From Bacillota bacterium (GTDB lineage Bacteria > Bacillota > Sulfobacillia > JAIMAT01): DNA of 64,000 nucleotides. Under the pieces are notes generated by a model. The model did no database searches. It was not told the DNA's origin and saw only the letters and a program-made list of their open reading frames with translations. Of the stretch, positions 22,058-33,620 are shown piece after piece (position 1 is the first letter of the stretch; each line of letters begins with the position of its first letter). The translations under genes were made by a program, and so were the position numbers. The stretch spans positions 22,645 through 86,644 of the forward strand of contig JASBVS010000009.1 in the NCBI GenBank assembly GCA_029960955.1, in the 5' to 3' direction.

Positions 22058-22684
22058 TTACAGCAGCCCCCGCCGCACGCCCTCCATCACCGCCTCGACG
22101 CGCCCCCGCACCTTCAGCTTGCGGAAGAGCGCCAGCACCCGGTCCTTGACGGCGCTCTCGCTGAGGAAGAGGCGGGCGGCGATCTCGCGGTTGGTGGCGC
22201 CCTCGGCGATGAGGCGGAGCAGCTGGAGCTCCTCCGGGGTGATCTCTTCCTCGTGACGGCGCTCCTTGACCGTCTCCATGAGGAGAGCGGCCGCCTGCGG
22301 CGCCAGGGCGGCGTCCCCCCGCACCACCGCCCGCACGGCCCGGACCAGGTCGAAGCCTTCCACGTCCTTGAGCAGGTAGCCCCGCGCGCCCGCCTCGACG
22401 CACTCCCGCACCAGCGTGTCGCTGATGAAGCTGCTCAGGATGAGCACAGCGGTGCCGGGGCAGCGGTCGCGCATCTGGCGGCAGAGCTCGATGCCGCTCA
22501 TGCCGCCCAGGCGGATGTCGACCACGGCCACGTCCGGCCCGCTGCGCGCCGCCGCGGCCACCGCCTCCTCGGCGGAGCCCACCGCGCCGACCACCTCCAG
22601 GTCCCGCTCGGCAGCCAGCAGTGCGGAGACGCCCTGCCGCACGATCTCGTGGTCATCCACCACCAGCACCCGTATCCGTGGCAA
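22058..22684 (-). CDS. NarL/LuxR-type response regulator (DosR-like architecture)
   Basis: VVDDHEIVRQG, VDIRL (phospho-Asp), GYLLK and a C-terminal LuxR HTH. Confidence 0.92.
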   Translation of the reverse strand: MPRIRVLVVDDHEIVRQGVSALLAAERDLEVVGAVGSAEEAVAAAARSGPDVAVVDIRLGGMSGIELCRQMRDRCPGTAVLILSSFISDTLVRECVEAGARGYLLKDVEGFDLVRAVRAVVRGDAALAPQAAALLMETVKERRHEEEITPEELQLLRLIAEGATNREIAARLFLSESAVKDRVLALFRKLKVRGRVEAVMEGVRRGLL

Positions 22685-23846
22685 CGCGGACCTCCCCCGG
22701 CGGGCACCGCCCGGGCTCCAGCGGCGCCCAGACGCGCAGCACGCAGCCGCCGTCGACGCCGGCGCGCAGCTCGGCGCCCCCTCCCAGCCGCCCGGCCAGC
22801 CGGCGGATACCGGCCAGGCCGAAGCGCTGTCCGCGGCCGGCCTGCCGCAGGGCGCCGGCGTCCGGGCCGACGCCGTCGTCCTGCACCGTCAGCCGGACGG
22901 ACGAGCCGTCGACGGCCAGGTTGACCACCGCCATGCGGGCGCGCGCGTGCTTGGCCACGTTGGTCAGCGCCTCCCGCGCCGCCCGGTGGATCAGCTCCCG
23001 CACCGGCGCGGTCACCCGGTGGACCGGACCCGTGACGATGAGGCCCACCTCGAAGCCGAATTGCGCCTTGAACTCCTCGGTGAGCGAGGTGAGGAGCTCG
23101 TAGAGGCCGGCTTCCTCCGGCAGGCCGCCCCGCTCGTGGAGCTCGGCGATGGCCGCGCGGACGGCGGCGGAGCCCCGGGAAGCGAGGGCTGCGATGGAGG
23201 CGAGCCGCTCCCGCTGGTCCTCGGGCAGCAGCTCGCGCAGGCGCTCGGCCTCGAGGCCGATGCGGAAGAAGATCTGCGCGACGGTGTCGTGGAGCTCCAT
23301 GGCCAGCCGCTGCCGCTCCCGCAAGACCGCCAGCTCCTCGGCCTGCTGGTAGAGGCGGGCGTTGTGGATGGCGACCGCCGCGTGCGCCGCGAAGGCCACC
23401 ATCAGTTCCTCGTCCTCGCGGCTGAAGGGGTGCCCGCCCGTCAGGTTGGCGACGAAGAGCGTGCCCAGGATCTGCTCCTGGAAGCGGAGCGGCACGCCCA
23501 GGAAGGGTCCCACCGGCGGGTGGCCCGGCGGCGTCCCCACCGCCAGCGGGTGGCTGGGGACGTCGTCCACACGGAGCGGGCAGCCGGTCTTGAGCGGCAG
23601 GTTGAAGAGCCCCGCCCCGGTGGGGTAGTGGGCGGGCGGCGTCTCCCAGCCGGAGACCCAGAAGCCGCCGTACCGGTCGGGCTCGTCCTCGTCGAGCACG
23701 AGCAGCCCGCTGATGTCGGCGCTGCAGAGGTCGCGGGCGCTGTCGACCACCGTCTGCAGAAGAACGCCCAGGTCGAGCTGCGAGGCGAGCAGCGAGCTCA
23801 TCTCGAGGAGGGTCGCGAGCCGGCGCGCCTTCGCCTCGGTGCCCAT
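22653..23846 (-). CDS. Soluble GAF-domain histidine kinase (HisKA_3), DosS/DosT-like GAF
   Basis: No transmembrane segment; GAF segment AHYPTGAG...LRVDDVPSHPLAVGTPPGHPPVGPFLGVPL; ERQRLAMELHDTVAQ H-box; EALTNVAKHA, DDGVG and FGLAGI. Confidence 0.88.
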   Translation of the reverse strand: MGTEAKARRLATLLEMSSLLASQLDLGVLLQTVVDSARDLCSADISGLLVLDEDEPDRYGGFWVSGWETPPAHYPTGAGLFNLPLKTGCPLRVDDVPSHPLAVGTPPGHPPVGPFLGVPLRFQEQILGTLFVANLTGGHPFSREDEELMVAFAAHAAVAIHNARLYQQAEELAVLRERQRLAMELHDTVAQIFFRIGLEAERLRELLPEDQRERLASIAALASRGSAAVRAAIAELHERGGLPEEAGLYELLTSLTEEFKAQFGFEVGLIVTGPVHRVTAPVRELIHRAAREALTNVAKHARARMAVVNLAVDGSSVRLTVQDDGVGPDAGALRQAGRGQRFGLAGIRRLAGRLGGGAELRAGVDGGCVLRVWAPLEPGRCPPGEVRVATDTGAGGG

Positions 23847-23848
23847 CC

Positions 23849-24952
23849 TCACCGCCCCCCGAAGCCCGCCGCCCCGGCCCCGGAGCCGTCTCCGGCGGCC
23901 GCCGGCGGGGCGCCGCCGGGAAGATAGCGCTCCGGCTCCCGGAGGAAGCGCTGCCGGCAGGGCTCGCCGCAGAAGTAGAAGAGACCCCCTGCGTACTCGG
24001 CGCGCAGCGCCTGCGCGTCCACCTCCACCTGCATGCCGCAGACCGGGTCCTCGGCAACCGGCGGCGCCTGCCCGGGCTCGGCCTCCCGTCGCGGCGCGGC
24101 CCGCTCGGCCCGGCGCCGCTCCGCCACCAGCTCGGCCAGGATGGAGAGCGCGATCTCCTCCTGGGTGGCCGCGCCGATGTCGAGGCCGGCGGGGTTGCGG
24201 ATGCGAGCCAGCTGCGCTTCCTCCAGCCCCCAGCCCGCGAGCACCTCGCGGACGGCCCGGGCCCGCCGGCGGCTGGCCACGAGCCCCACGTAGCGCGCCT
24301 CCGTGCGCAGCGCCAGGGCCAGCGCCTCCTCGTCGCAGATGCCGGCCGAGGCGACCACCACGTAGGCGGGCCGGTCGCGGACCAGCTCCGGCAGCGCCTC
24401 GAGCCCCGGCGGCCGGCCGTCCCCCCGGGGGGCGGCGGGCGCGGCGGAGCCGGGCGCCTCCTGCGCCGGCTCGCCCCGCCCGGGGAGCGCCGCCACGTCG
24501 AAGCCCACCGTCTCGCCCATGCGGACGAGGGCGCGCGTCAGCGGCGTCTCGCCGACGACGACCAGCCGGGGCGGGGCCACCCGGGGCTCGATGAAGACCT
24601 CCATGGCGCCGCCGCTGGGGCAGGTGAGCGCCACGGCCGCCTCCTCCCCCTCCGCGACGCCGCTCTCCGCGGGGAGGGGCGTCGCTTCCTCGCGCGTCGC
24701 CAGCCGGAGAAGGCGCGGCCGGCCGGAGCGGATGGCCGCCAGCGCCTCGCGGCGGACCGCCGACTGGGAGCAGGCACCGCCCACCCAGCCGGTCATCCGC
24801 CCGTCGGCGGTGACCACCGCCCGGTCGCCCACGCGGGCGGAGACGGGGGCCCGGCGCGCGACCACCGTGGCCACGGCGTACGGTTCGCCGCGGGCCTCCA
24901 GCTCGTCGACGAGTCGGATCAGCTCCTCGCCGCCCAACGCCTGCCCGATCAA
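23849..24952 (-). CDS. xdhC: XdhC/CoxF-family Moco chaperone with C-terminal YHS domain
   Basis: GWVGGAC, CPSGGAMEVFIEP, YVGLVAS and PAGLDIGA motifs; tail DPVCGM...YFCGEPC...F..EPERY. Confidence 0.85.
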   Translation of the reverse strand: MIGQALGGEELIRLVDELEARGEPYAVATVVARRAPVSARVGDRAVVTADGRMTGWVGGACSQSAVRREALAAIRSGRPRLLRLATREEATPLPAESGVAEGEEAAVALTCPSGGAMEVFIEPRVAPPRLVVVGETPLTRALVRMGETVGFDVAALPGRGEPAQEAPGSAAPAAPRGDGRPPGLEALPELVRDRPAYVVVASAGICDEEALALALRTEARYVGLVASRRRARAVREVLAGWGLEEAQLARIRNPAGLDIGAATQEEIALSILAELVAERRRAERAAPRREAEPGQAPPVAEDPVCGMQVEVDAQALRAEYAGGLFYFCGEPCRQRFLREPERYLPGGAPPAAAGDGSGAGAAGFGGR

Positions 24953-24959
24953 GGCCGGA

Positions 24960-25424
24960 TCACCCCGCCTCGCCCGCCGGCTCCGCCTCCAGCTCGCGCC
25001 GGATCGCGCCGAACATCTGCTCCACCACCTTGCGCGCCTGCCCCTCCAGGAGCCGCCCCCCCACGGTGGCCAGGGTGCCGCTCACCGAGGCTTCCGCCTG
25101 CCAGGCCACCTCCGTCTGCCCGTCCACGGGCGTCAGGCGGGCCGAGCTCCGGACCGTCAGGCCGCTTCCCAGGCCGCTCCCCTGGATGGAGATGCGGGCC
25201 TCGGCGTCGTCCTCCCCCGGCTCCAGGGCGACGTCCAGGCGGAGGCGCCCCCGCACCGGACCGACGCCCACCCGCACGTGGGCCGTGAAGTGGGCCTCGT
25301 CCGCCACCTCCAGCTCCTGCAGGTCGGGCAGGCAGCGACCCACCCGTTCCGGGGCGAGGAGGAAGGCGCGGACCTCCTCCCGGCGCCGGCGGATGCTCTC
25401 GCTCCCCTCGAAGCGCATGTTCAC
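24960..25424 (-). CDS. coxG: CoxG (SRPBCC-fold) CO dehydrogenase accessory subunit, no membrane tail
   Basis: PERVGRCLP, VGVGPVRG and G.LA.VGGRLL motifs; directly downstream of coxL. Confidence 0.85.
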   Translation of the reverse strand: MNMRFEGSESIRRRREEVRAFLLAPERVGRCLPDLQELEVADEAHFTAHVRVGVGPVRGRLRLDVALEPGEDDAEARISIQGSGLGSGLTVRSSARLTPVDGQTEVAWQAEASVSGTLATVGGRLLEGQARKVVEQMFGAIRRELEAEPAGEAG

Positions 25425-25430
25425 CGCCGC

Positions 25431-27775
<2,345 letters not shown>

Positions 27776-27779
<4 letters not shown>

Positions 27780-28318
27780 GGGACCATCCCTCCCCTGGCC
27801 GCGCTGGCCGCGCCGGCCGCGCCCTGGCCCGCGGACACCGGCTCGGCCGCGCCGCGCATCGCCCGCGCCGCCTCCTGGATCGCCCTGACGATGTTCTGGT
27901 AGCCGGTGCAGCGGCAGAGGTTGCCGGAGATGGCGCGGCGGATCTCCTCCTCGCCCGGATCGGGCCGGCGCTCGAGGAGCGCCGCCCCGGTCATGAGCAT
28001 GCCGGGCGTGCAGTAGCCGCACTGCAGCCCGTGCTGCTCCCAGAAGGCCTGCTGCAGCGGGTGGAGCTCGCCCTCGCGCGCCAGCCCCTCCACGGTGGTG
28101 ACGGCATGCCCCTCGGCCTGGACGGCGAAGAGCGTGCACGACTTGACCGGGCGCCCGTCCAGGAGGACCGTGCAGGCGCCGCAGCTGGTCGTGTCGCAGC
28201 CCACGTGCGTCCCGGTCAGGCCCGCCTCCTCGCGGATGAAGTGGACGAGAAGCCTCCTGGGCTCCACGACGCCGGTATACGGCTGCCCGTTGATGGTCAG
28301 GGTCAGCTCCCGCTTCAC
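27776..28318 (-). CDS. coxS: CO dehydrogenase small [2Fe-2S] subunit
   Basis: [12 protein letters not shown]...[10 protein letters not shown] and GNLCRCTGY. Start GTG at 28318. Confidence 0.95.
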
Positions 28319-28341
28319 TCCTCTCGCCTCCCCCTCGCGGC

Positions 28342-29214
28342 TCACGCAGCCAGGGCGCGCTCGGCCGCCCGGGCCAGCGCCCGGACGGTCAGGATCCGCA
28401 CCATGTCGCGCTTGTACGCCTCCGAGCCGCGCGTGTCGGCCACCGGCGAGGAAGCCGCCGCCGCCAGCTCCCCCGCCCTCTCCAGCACCTCCGGCTCGAA
28501 GCGCTTCCCCGCGAGGAACGCCTCCGCCTCGCGGGCGCGGAGCGAGGTGGGGCCGACGGCGCAGAGGCCGACGCCCGCGGCCGTGCACCTCCCATCGGCG
28601 TCGAAGGCGACCTGGACGCCCACGGCGGCGGTGGCGAAGTCGCCCACCTTCCGCTCGATCTTCAGGTAGGCGCCGCCGCTGCGCGGCGCGGGCGCCGGCA
28701 CCCGGATCTCGGTCAGGATCTCGTCGGGCGAGATGGCGGTGGTGAAGGTGTCGACCAGGAAGTCCTCCAGCGCAAGCTCCCGCTCGCCCCCCGGACCCGT
28801 CAGCACCACCCGCGCCCTGGCCGCCAGCAGCGCCGCCCCCCAGTCCCCCGCGGGGTCGGCGTGGACCAGGGAGCCGGCGACCGTCCCCAGGTTGCGGACC
28901 AGCGGGTCGGCGACCACGCTCGCCGTCTCCGCCAGGAGCGGGTAGCGGTCGCGGATGAGCGGCGAGGCCTCCATCTCCGCGTGGCGCACCAGCGGGCCGA
29001 TGCGCAGCACCCCTTCCTCCTCCGCCAGGAAGTCGAGCCCGGGGATCCGCTGGATGTCGACGAGCACCCCGGGCCGCGCCAGGCGGAAGCGCATGGCCGG
29101 GATCAGGCTCTGGCCTCCCGCGATCACCTTGGCCTCCTCGCCGTGGCGCCTCAGCAGCTCCACGGCCTCCGGAAGCGAGCCGGGCGCGGCATAATCGAAG
29201 GCGGCCGGGATCAC
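28342..29214 (-). CDS. coxM: CO dehydrogenase medium FAD subunit
   Basis: [29 protein letters not shown] and [12 protein letters not shown]. Start GTG at 29214 after GAGGAGGG. Confidence 0.93.
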   Translation of the reverse strand: MIPAAFDYAAPGSLPEAVELLRRHGEEAKVIAGGQSLIPAMRFRLARPGVLVDIQRIPGLDFLAEEEGVLRIGPLVRHAEMEASPLIRDRYPLLAETASVVADPLVRNLGTVAGSLVHADPAGDWGAALLAARARVVLTGPGGERELALEDFLVDTFTTAISPDEILTEIRVPAPAPRSGGAYLKIERKVGDFATAAVGVQVAFDADGRCTAAGVGLCAVGPTSLRAREAEAFLAGKRFEPEVLERAGELAAAASSPVADTRGSEAYKRDMVRILTVRALARAAERALAA

Positions 29215-29235
29215 ATGCCCTCCCTCCTCGCCTCT

Positions 29236-29264
29236 ATTTGAATAAAAGTTACTTTCATTAGCAA
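29236..29264 (-). promoter_or_regulatory. AT-rich cox promoter region with imperfect palindrome AATAAAAG-TTA-CTTTCATT
   Basis: Conspicuous AT island just upstream of the coxM RBS. Minus strand reads TTGCTA-17 nt-TCAAAT with a 7/8 inverted repeat (29241-29259) filling the spacer. Confidence 0.55.
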
Positions 29265-29353
29265 GGCGGGCGGGGAGCCGAACGGGCGGAGTTGGCGCCA
29301 CCGTTCGGTGGGGCGGCCGCCCGCCGGTCGGAGGCGCCGGAGGTGACCTTCCT

Positions 29354-29887
29354 GTGGAGGAGGAGGCGGCCGGCCGGGGCGCGGCTCCGCTGCGCATCGC
29401 CGTGGCCGGCGGGCACGAGTGCACCCCGGAGGAGGCGGCCCTCGCCAGGCGGGCCGGCGAGCTCCTGGCCGAGGCGCGTGCCGTGGTGCTCTGCGGGGGT
29501 TACGGCGGCGTGATGGCGGCGGTGGCCGAGGGCGCGCGGTCGGCGGGCGGCCTCGTGGTCGGCCTGCTGGCGGGCGACTCCCTCGCGGGCGCGGCGCCCG
29601 ACCTGACCGTCGCCCTTCCCACCGGCCTGGGCGAGATGCGGAACGCCCTCCTGGTCCGCGCCGGCGACGCCCTCCTGGCCATCGGTGGCGGTTTCGGAAC
29701 GCTCTCCGAGATCGCCCTGGCGGTGCGGACGGGCAAGCCCGTGGTCGGGCTGGCCACCTGGGAGTTTCGCGACCCCCACGGCGGCCCGGACCCCGTCCTG
29801 CGCGCCAGCGGAGTGGAGGAGGCGGTGGCCGCGGTCCTGCGCCTGGCGGCGGCCGTGCGCGGGCCGGCGACGCCGCCCGGCGCCTAG
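29354..29887 (+). CDS. LOG/SLOG family protein (TIGR00725-like)
   Basis: CGGYGGVMAAV, TGLGEMRN and GGGFGTLSEI motifs. Confidence 0.85.
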   Translation: MEEEAAGRGAAPLRIAVAGGHECTPEEAALARRAGELLAEARAVVLCGGYGGVMAAVAEGARSAGGLVVGLLAGDSLAGAAPDLTVALPTGLGEMRNALLVRAGDALLAIGGGFGTLSEIALAVRTGKPVVGLATWEFRDPHGGPDPVLRASGVEEAVAAVLRLAAAVRGPATPPGA

Positions 29888-30903
29888 CCCTCCGCCGGCG
29901 CCGGCCCGGAGGAGGCGCGGACGACCAGCCGGGGCTCCAGCACCACGTGGCGGCTGGAGGGAGTCCTGCCGGCGATCCGGTCGATCAGCATCCGCGCCCC
30001 CTCGGCCCCCATGCGCCGCGGCCAGGCGGCGATGGTCGTCAGCGGCGGGCTGATCTGGGAGGCCAGCTCGATGTCGTTGAAGCCGACCAGCGAGACGTCC
30101 CCGGGCACGCGCAGGCCGGCCGCGTGGCAGGCGGAGAGCGCGCCCAGGGCGATCAGGTCGTTGGCGCAGAAGACCGCCGTCGGCCGCGGCCGGAGCGCGA
30201 GCAGCCGCTCCATCGCCCGGCGGCCGCTCGCCTGCTGGAACTGCGCCTCCACCACGTAGCCGTCCGCGAAGTCGAGGCCGAACTCCTGGAGGGCGAGCCG
30301 GTAGCCCTGCAGCCGCTCCAGGGCGGTGTTGGCGTAGAGCGGACCGGTGATGTGGGCGATCCTGCGGTGCCCCAGGCGCACGAGGTGCTCCACCGCCATG
30401 TAGGCGCCCTTCTGGCCGTCGACGATGACGTAGTGGTCCGCCTCCTCCTGCGTCCGGCGGTTGACCAGGACGAAGGGGACCTGCTTGCGGCGCAGCTCCT
30501 CGATCAGCCGGTCCTGGGTGAGAGCGGTGGCCAGCATCAGCCCGTCGACGCGGCTCTCCTCCAGCACCCGCAGGTAGGCCTGGGCGGTGCCCACGTCCTC
30601 GTGGGTGTTCATCAGCAACAGGAAGTACCCGTGCTGTTCGGCTTCCGCCTGGGCGCCGTCGATCACCTCGGCGAAGAAGGGGTTGGTGATGTCCGGCACC
30701 AGCACGCCAACGGTGAAGGTATGGCGCAGCCGCAGGCTCCGGGCGATGGCGTTGGGCGAGTAGCCCAGCTCGGCGGCCGCCTGGAGCACCCGCTGGCGCG
30801 TCTCGCTCCGCGCGGGCTTCCCCGCCAGGACCCTGGAGACCGTCGACGGATCGACCTGGGCGCGGGCCGCGACGTCGCGGACCGTCACCGGGCGCTTGGG
30901 CAT
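29884..30903 (-). CDS. LacI-family transcriptional regulator
   Basis: VTVRDVAARAQVDPSTVSRVL HTH, YSPNAIARSL hinge, NPFF, GHRRIAHI, NDLIALG and PPLTTI. Confidence 0.95.
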   Translation of the reverse strand: MPKRPVTVRDVAARAQVDPSTVSRVLAGKPARSETRQRVLQAAAELGYSPNAIARSLRLRHTFTVGVLVPDITNPFFAEVIDGAQAEAEQHGYFLLLMNTHEDVGTAQAYLRVLEESRVDGLMLATALTQDRLIEELRRKQVPFVLVNRRTQEEADHYVIVDGQKGAYMAVEHLVRLGHRRIAHITGPLYANTALERLQGYRLALQEFGLDFADGYVVEAQFQQASGRRAMERLLALRPRPTAVFCANDLIALGALSACHAAGLRVPGDVSLVGFNDIELASQISPPLTTIAAWPRRMGAEGARMLIDRIAGRTPSSRHVVLEPRLVVRASSGPAPAEG

Positions 30904-30958
30904 GGCGTCCTTCCTCCCGGGCCATTCTAGCCTCCGCCACCGCGCTCCCGCCGGGGCG

Positions 30959-32113
30959 CTAGGAGAGCTCCACCAGCCAGATCCCGCCGTGCCTGCGGTC
31001 GCTCAGGTAGACGAGTCCCCCCTCGTCCACGAAGAGGTCGTTCACCTGGGCCACGGGCTGGCCGGGCGGAGGTTCGGGAAGGAAGCAGGCCGCCTCCACG
31101 GGCTGGCTCGGCCGCGAGATGTCGTAGACGCGGAGGCCCGCGCTGAAGAAAGTGGCGAAGAGGAGCGTCTCCGACCGGAAGGCGCCGGGCCGGTTCTCGT
31201 GCAGGTTGTGCGCGCCGAAGCGCCCGCCCCGTCCCGCGTAGCGGCCGGCGGGCGGGGGGATGCGGGCCAGCAGCCGCGGGCGGCGCTCGTCCCGCAGGTC
31301 GAAGAGGCGCACCGTCTTCGGCGTCTCCCGCCCGTCCTCCGCCGTCGCCTCGTCGCTCACCGCCGCGAGCTTCCTGCCGGGAAGCGGCAGCGCGGTGTGC
31401 GTATGGCCTCCGTCCTCCGGCGCCCAGCCCGTCATCCGCGCCACCTCGCGCGGTCGCCTCGGATCGGAGACGTCCAGGATCACCGCCCCCAGGTCCCAGC
31501 AGCCCGCGTAGGCGCTCTCGCCGGCGACGACCGCGTGGTGCACGTTGTAGCGCAGGGGAGCCCCCCTCCCCTCCGGGCCGGCCGCCGCCGGCGCCTCCTC
31601 CACCGCCCAGCGCCCCACGGCCTCGGGGCGCCGCGGGTCGGCCAGGTCGACCACCAGCAGGAGCCGCTCGCGGAAGCCGGCGGGCACCGCCGAGACGTAG
31701 GCGTAGCGCCCTCCCGCGTACCACATGCGGTGGACGCCCCGCCCGCCGGTCTCCAGGAAGCCCAGGGGCCGCGGTCGCGCGGGATCGGAGAGGTCGAAGA
31801 CTCCCAGCCCCGTCCGGGAGGCCGGCTCGTCCCGCTGCTCGTAGCTGACCAGCAGCAGGTCGTCGGCCGTCTGCACCTTGGCCGTGTAGGCGCCGGCCTG
31901 CGCGGCCACGCTGCCCAGCCAGCGCGGGCGTGCGGGGTCGCGGACGTCGAAGACGTCCACTCCCGCGCCCGGCCCCAGCCGCCCGAGGTAGAGGTGGCCG
32001 CGGTAGACCATCAGCTGCATCCCGCCGGCGGGACCGGGCGCCCGGAAGAGGCCCAGCGGCCGCACGCCCCGGCTCTCCGCCACGGCGCCCTCGGCCGGCT
32101 CCACCCGCGTCAC
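30959..32113 (-). CDS. LVIVD-repeat beta-propeller protein (cytoplasmic, His-rich, possible metalloenzyme)
   Basis: Repeats VFDVRDP, VFDLSDP, VVDLADP, ILDVSDP, LFDLRDE and VYDISRP; His motifs GVHRM, VHH, GHTHT and GAHN; no signal peptide. Confidence 0.75.
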   Translation of the reverse strand: MTRVEPAEGAVAESRGVRPLGLFRAPGPAGGMQLMVYRGHLYLGRLGPGAGVDVFDVRDPARPRWLGSVAAQAGAYTAKVQTADDLLLVSYEQRDEPASRTGLGVFDLSDPARPRPLGFLETGGRGVHRMWYAGGRYAYVSAVPAGFRERLLLVVDLADPRRPEAVGRWAVEEAPAAAGPEGRGAPLRYNVHHAVVAGESAYAGCWDLGAVILDVSDPRRPREVARMTGWAPEDGGHTHTALPLPGRKLAAVSDEATAEDGRETPKTVRLFDLRDERRPRLLARIPPPAGRYAGRGGRFGAHNLHENRPGAFRSETLLFATFFSAGLRVYDISRPSQPVEAACFLPEPPPGQPVAQVNDLFVDEGGLVYLSDRRHGGIWLVELS

Positions 32114-32838
32114 CCGGTGGCCGGCCGGGCCACCGCACCGCCCAGGTAGAGGCTGGCCAGTTCGGGCTCCTCGCGGATCGCCAGGGCGCTTCCTTCCAGC
32201 ACCACGCGCCCGCTCTCCATCACCACCGCCCGGTCGGCCACCCCCAGGCCCGCGCGGACGTTCTGCTCCACCATCAGCACGGTCTTCCCCGCCGCGCGCA
32301 TGCGGCCGACCGCCTCGAAGACGTGGGCCAGGCTGCGCGGGTCGAGGCCGGTGGAGGGTTCGTCCAGCAGGATCAGCTCGGGATCCAGCATCAGCGCCCG
32401 CGCGAAGGCCACGATCCGCTGCTGCCCGCCCGAGAGCGTCGCCGCCCGCTCGCGGGCGCGTTCCCGCACCAGGGGGAAGAGCTCCTCCACCGCCCGCAGC
32501 CGCCGCTCCACCAGCCGCCGGTCGCGCAGGACGAAGCCGCCCATCAGGACGTTCTCCCTCACCGACATGGAAGGGAAGACGATACCGGACTGCGGCACCT
32601 GCACGATCCCCGCGCGCAGGATCTCGGGGGCGCTCAGCCCGTCGATGCGGCGGCCGCGGTAGCGGACCTCCCCCGCCCGCGGCCGCAGGAGCCCGCTGAT
32701 CGTCTTCAGCACCGTCGACTTGCCGGCGCCGTTGGGGCCCACCACGCAGGTGATCGCGCCCGCCGGCACCGCCAGGCTGGTCCCCTGCAGGATGTCGCCG
32801 GCACCGTAGCCGGCGTAGACGTTCTCCAGGTCGAGCAT
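32110..32838 (-). CDS. livF: Branched-chain amino acid-type ABC transporter ATPase
   Basis: GPNGAGKST, LSGGQ, LLDEPSTGL and VEQN motifs. Confidence 0.9.
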   Translation of the reverse strand: MLDLENVYAGYGAGDILQGTSLAVPAGAITCVVGPNGAGKSTVLKTISGLLRPRAGEVRYRGRRIDGLSAPEILRAGIVQVPQSGIVFPSMSVRENVLMGGFVLRDRRLVERRLRAVEELFPLVRERARERAATLSGGQQRIVAFARALMLDPELILLDEPSTGLDPRSLAHVFEAVGRMRAAGKTVLMVEQNVRAGLGVADRAVVMESGRVVLEGSALAIREEPELASLYLGGAVARPATG

Positions 32839-32849
32839 CGCCCTCCCCC

Positions 32850-33620
32850 CTATCCGCCCAGGTAGGCCTCGAGCACCGCCGGGTCCGAGCGGACGGCCAG
32901 CGGGCTGCCCCGGGCGATCACTCTTCCGCCGGCGAGCACCAGGACGTGGTCGCAGAGGTCCATCACCAGCGGCATGTTGTGCTCGACCACCAGGAAGTCG
33001 GTCCCCTCGCGGTGGAACTCGCGGATCAGCTCCGCCATGCGCTCGATCATGCGGGGGTTGACGCCGGAGGCGGGCTCGTCGAGGAGCACCAGCCGGGGCC
33101 GCAGGACGAGCGCCTGGGCCAGCTCGAGCAGCTTCTGCTGGCCGTAGGAGAGCCGCCCGGCGAGCTCGTCGCAGAAGCGGGCGAGCCCCACCCGCTCCAG
33201 CAGCTCCCCCGCCCGCCGTCGCTCCTCCCCGGCCACCGCGCTCTCCGCCATCCGCCGCAGCCGGAAGTCGCGCAGCGGCACGACCACGTTCTCCAGGACG
33301 GTCATCTCCCGGAAGAGCCGGGCGATCTGGAAGGTCCGGCCGAGCCCGCGCCAGGTCCGCTCCCAGGGGGGCAGCCCGTCGATCCGCCGTCCTTCCAGCA
33401 GGATCTCGCCGCCGTCGGGCCGGAGCATGCCGGTGATCAGGTTGAAGACCGTCGTCTTGCCCGAGCCGTTGGGGCCGATGAGGCCGGTGACGCTCCCCCG
33501 CGGCACCCGGAAGCTGCAGTCGTCGACGGCGGCCACGCCGCCGAAGCGCTTCCTCAGGGCGCGGACCTCCAGGATCGCCCCTCCCTCCTCCGCCTCGGGC
33601 GGCCTCCTCTCGTCCGTCAC
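32850..33620 (-). CDS. livG: Branched-chain amino acid-type ABC transporter ATPase
   Basis: KRFGGVAAV, GPNGSGKTT, RTFQ, LSYGQ and VEHNM. Start GTG at 33620. Confidence 0.9.
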   Translation of the reverse strand: MTDERRPPEAEEGGAILEVRALRKRFGGVAAVDDCSFRVPRGSVTGLIGPNGSGKTTVFNLITGMLRPDGGEILLEGRRIDGLPPWERTWRGLGRTFQIARLFREMTVLENVVVPLRDFRLRRMAESAVAGEERRRAGELLERVGLARFCDELAGRLSYGQQKLLELAQALVLRPRLVLLDEPASGVNPRMIERMAELIREFHREGTDFLVVEHNMPLVMDLCDHVLVLAGGRVIARGSPLAVRSDPAVLEAYLGG

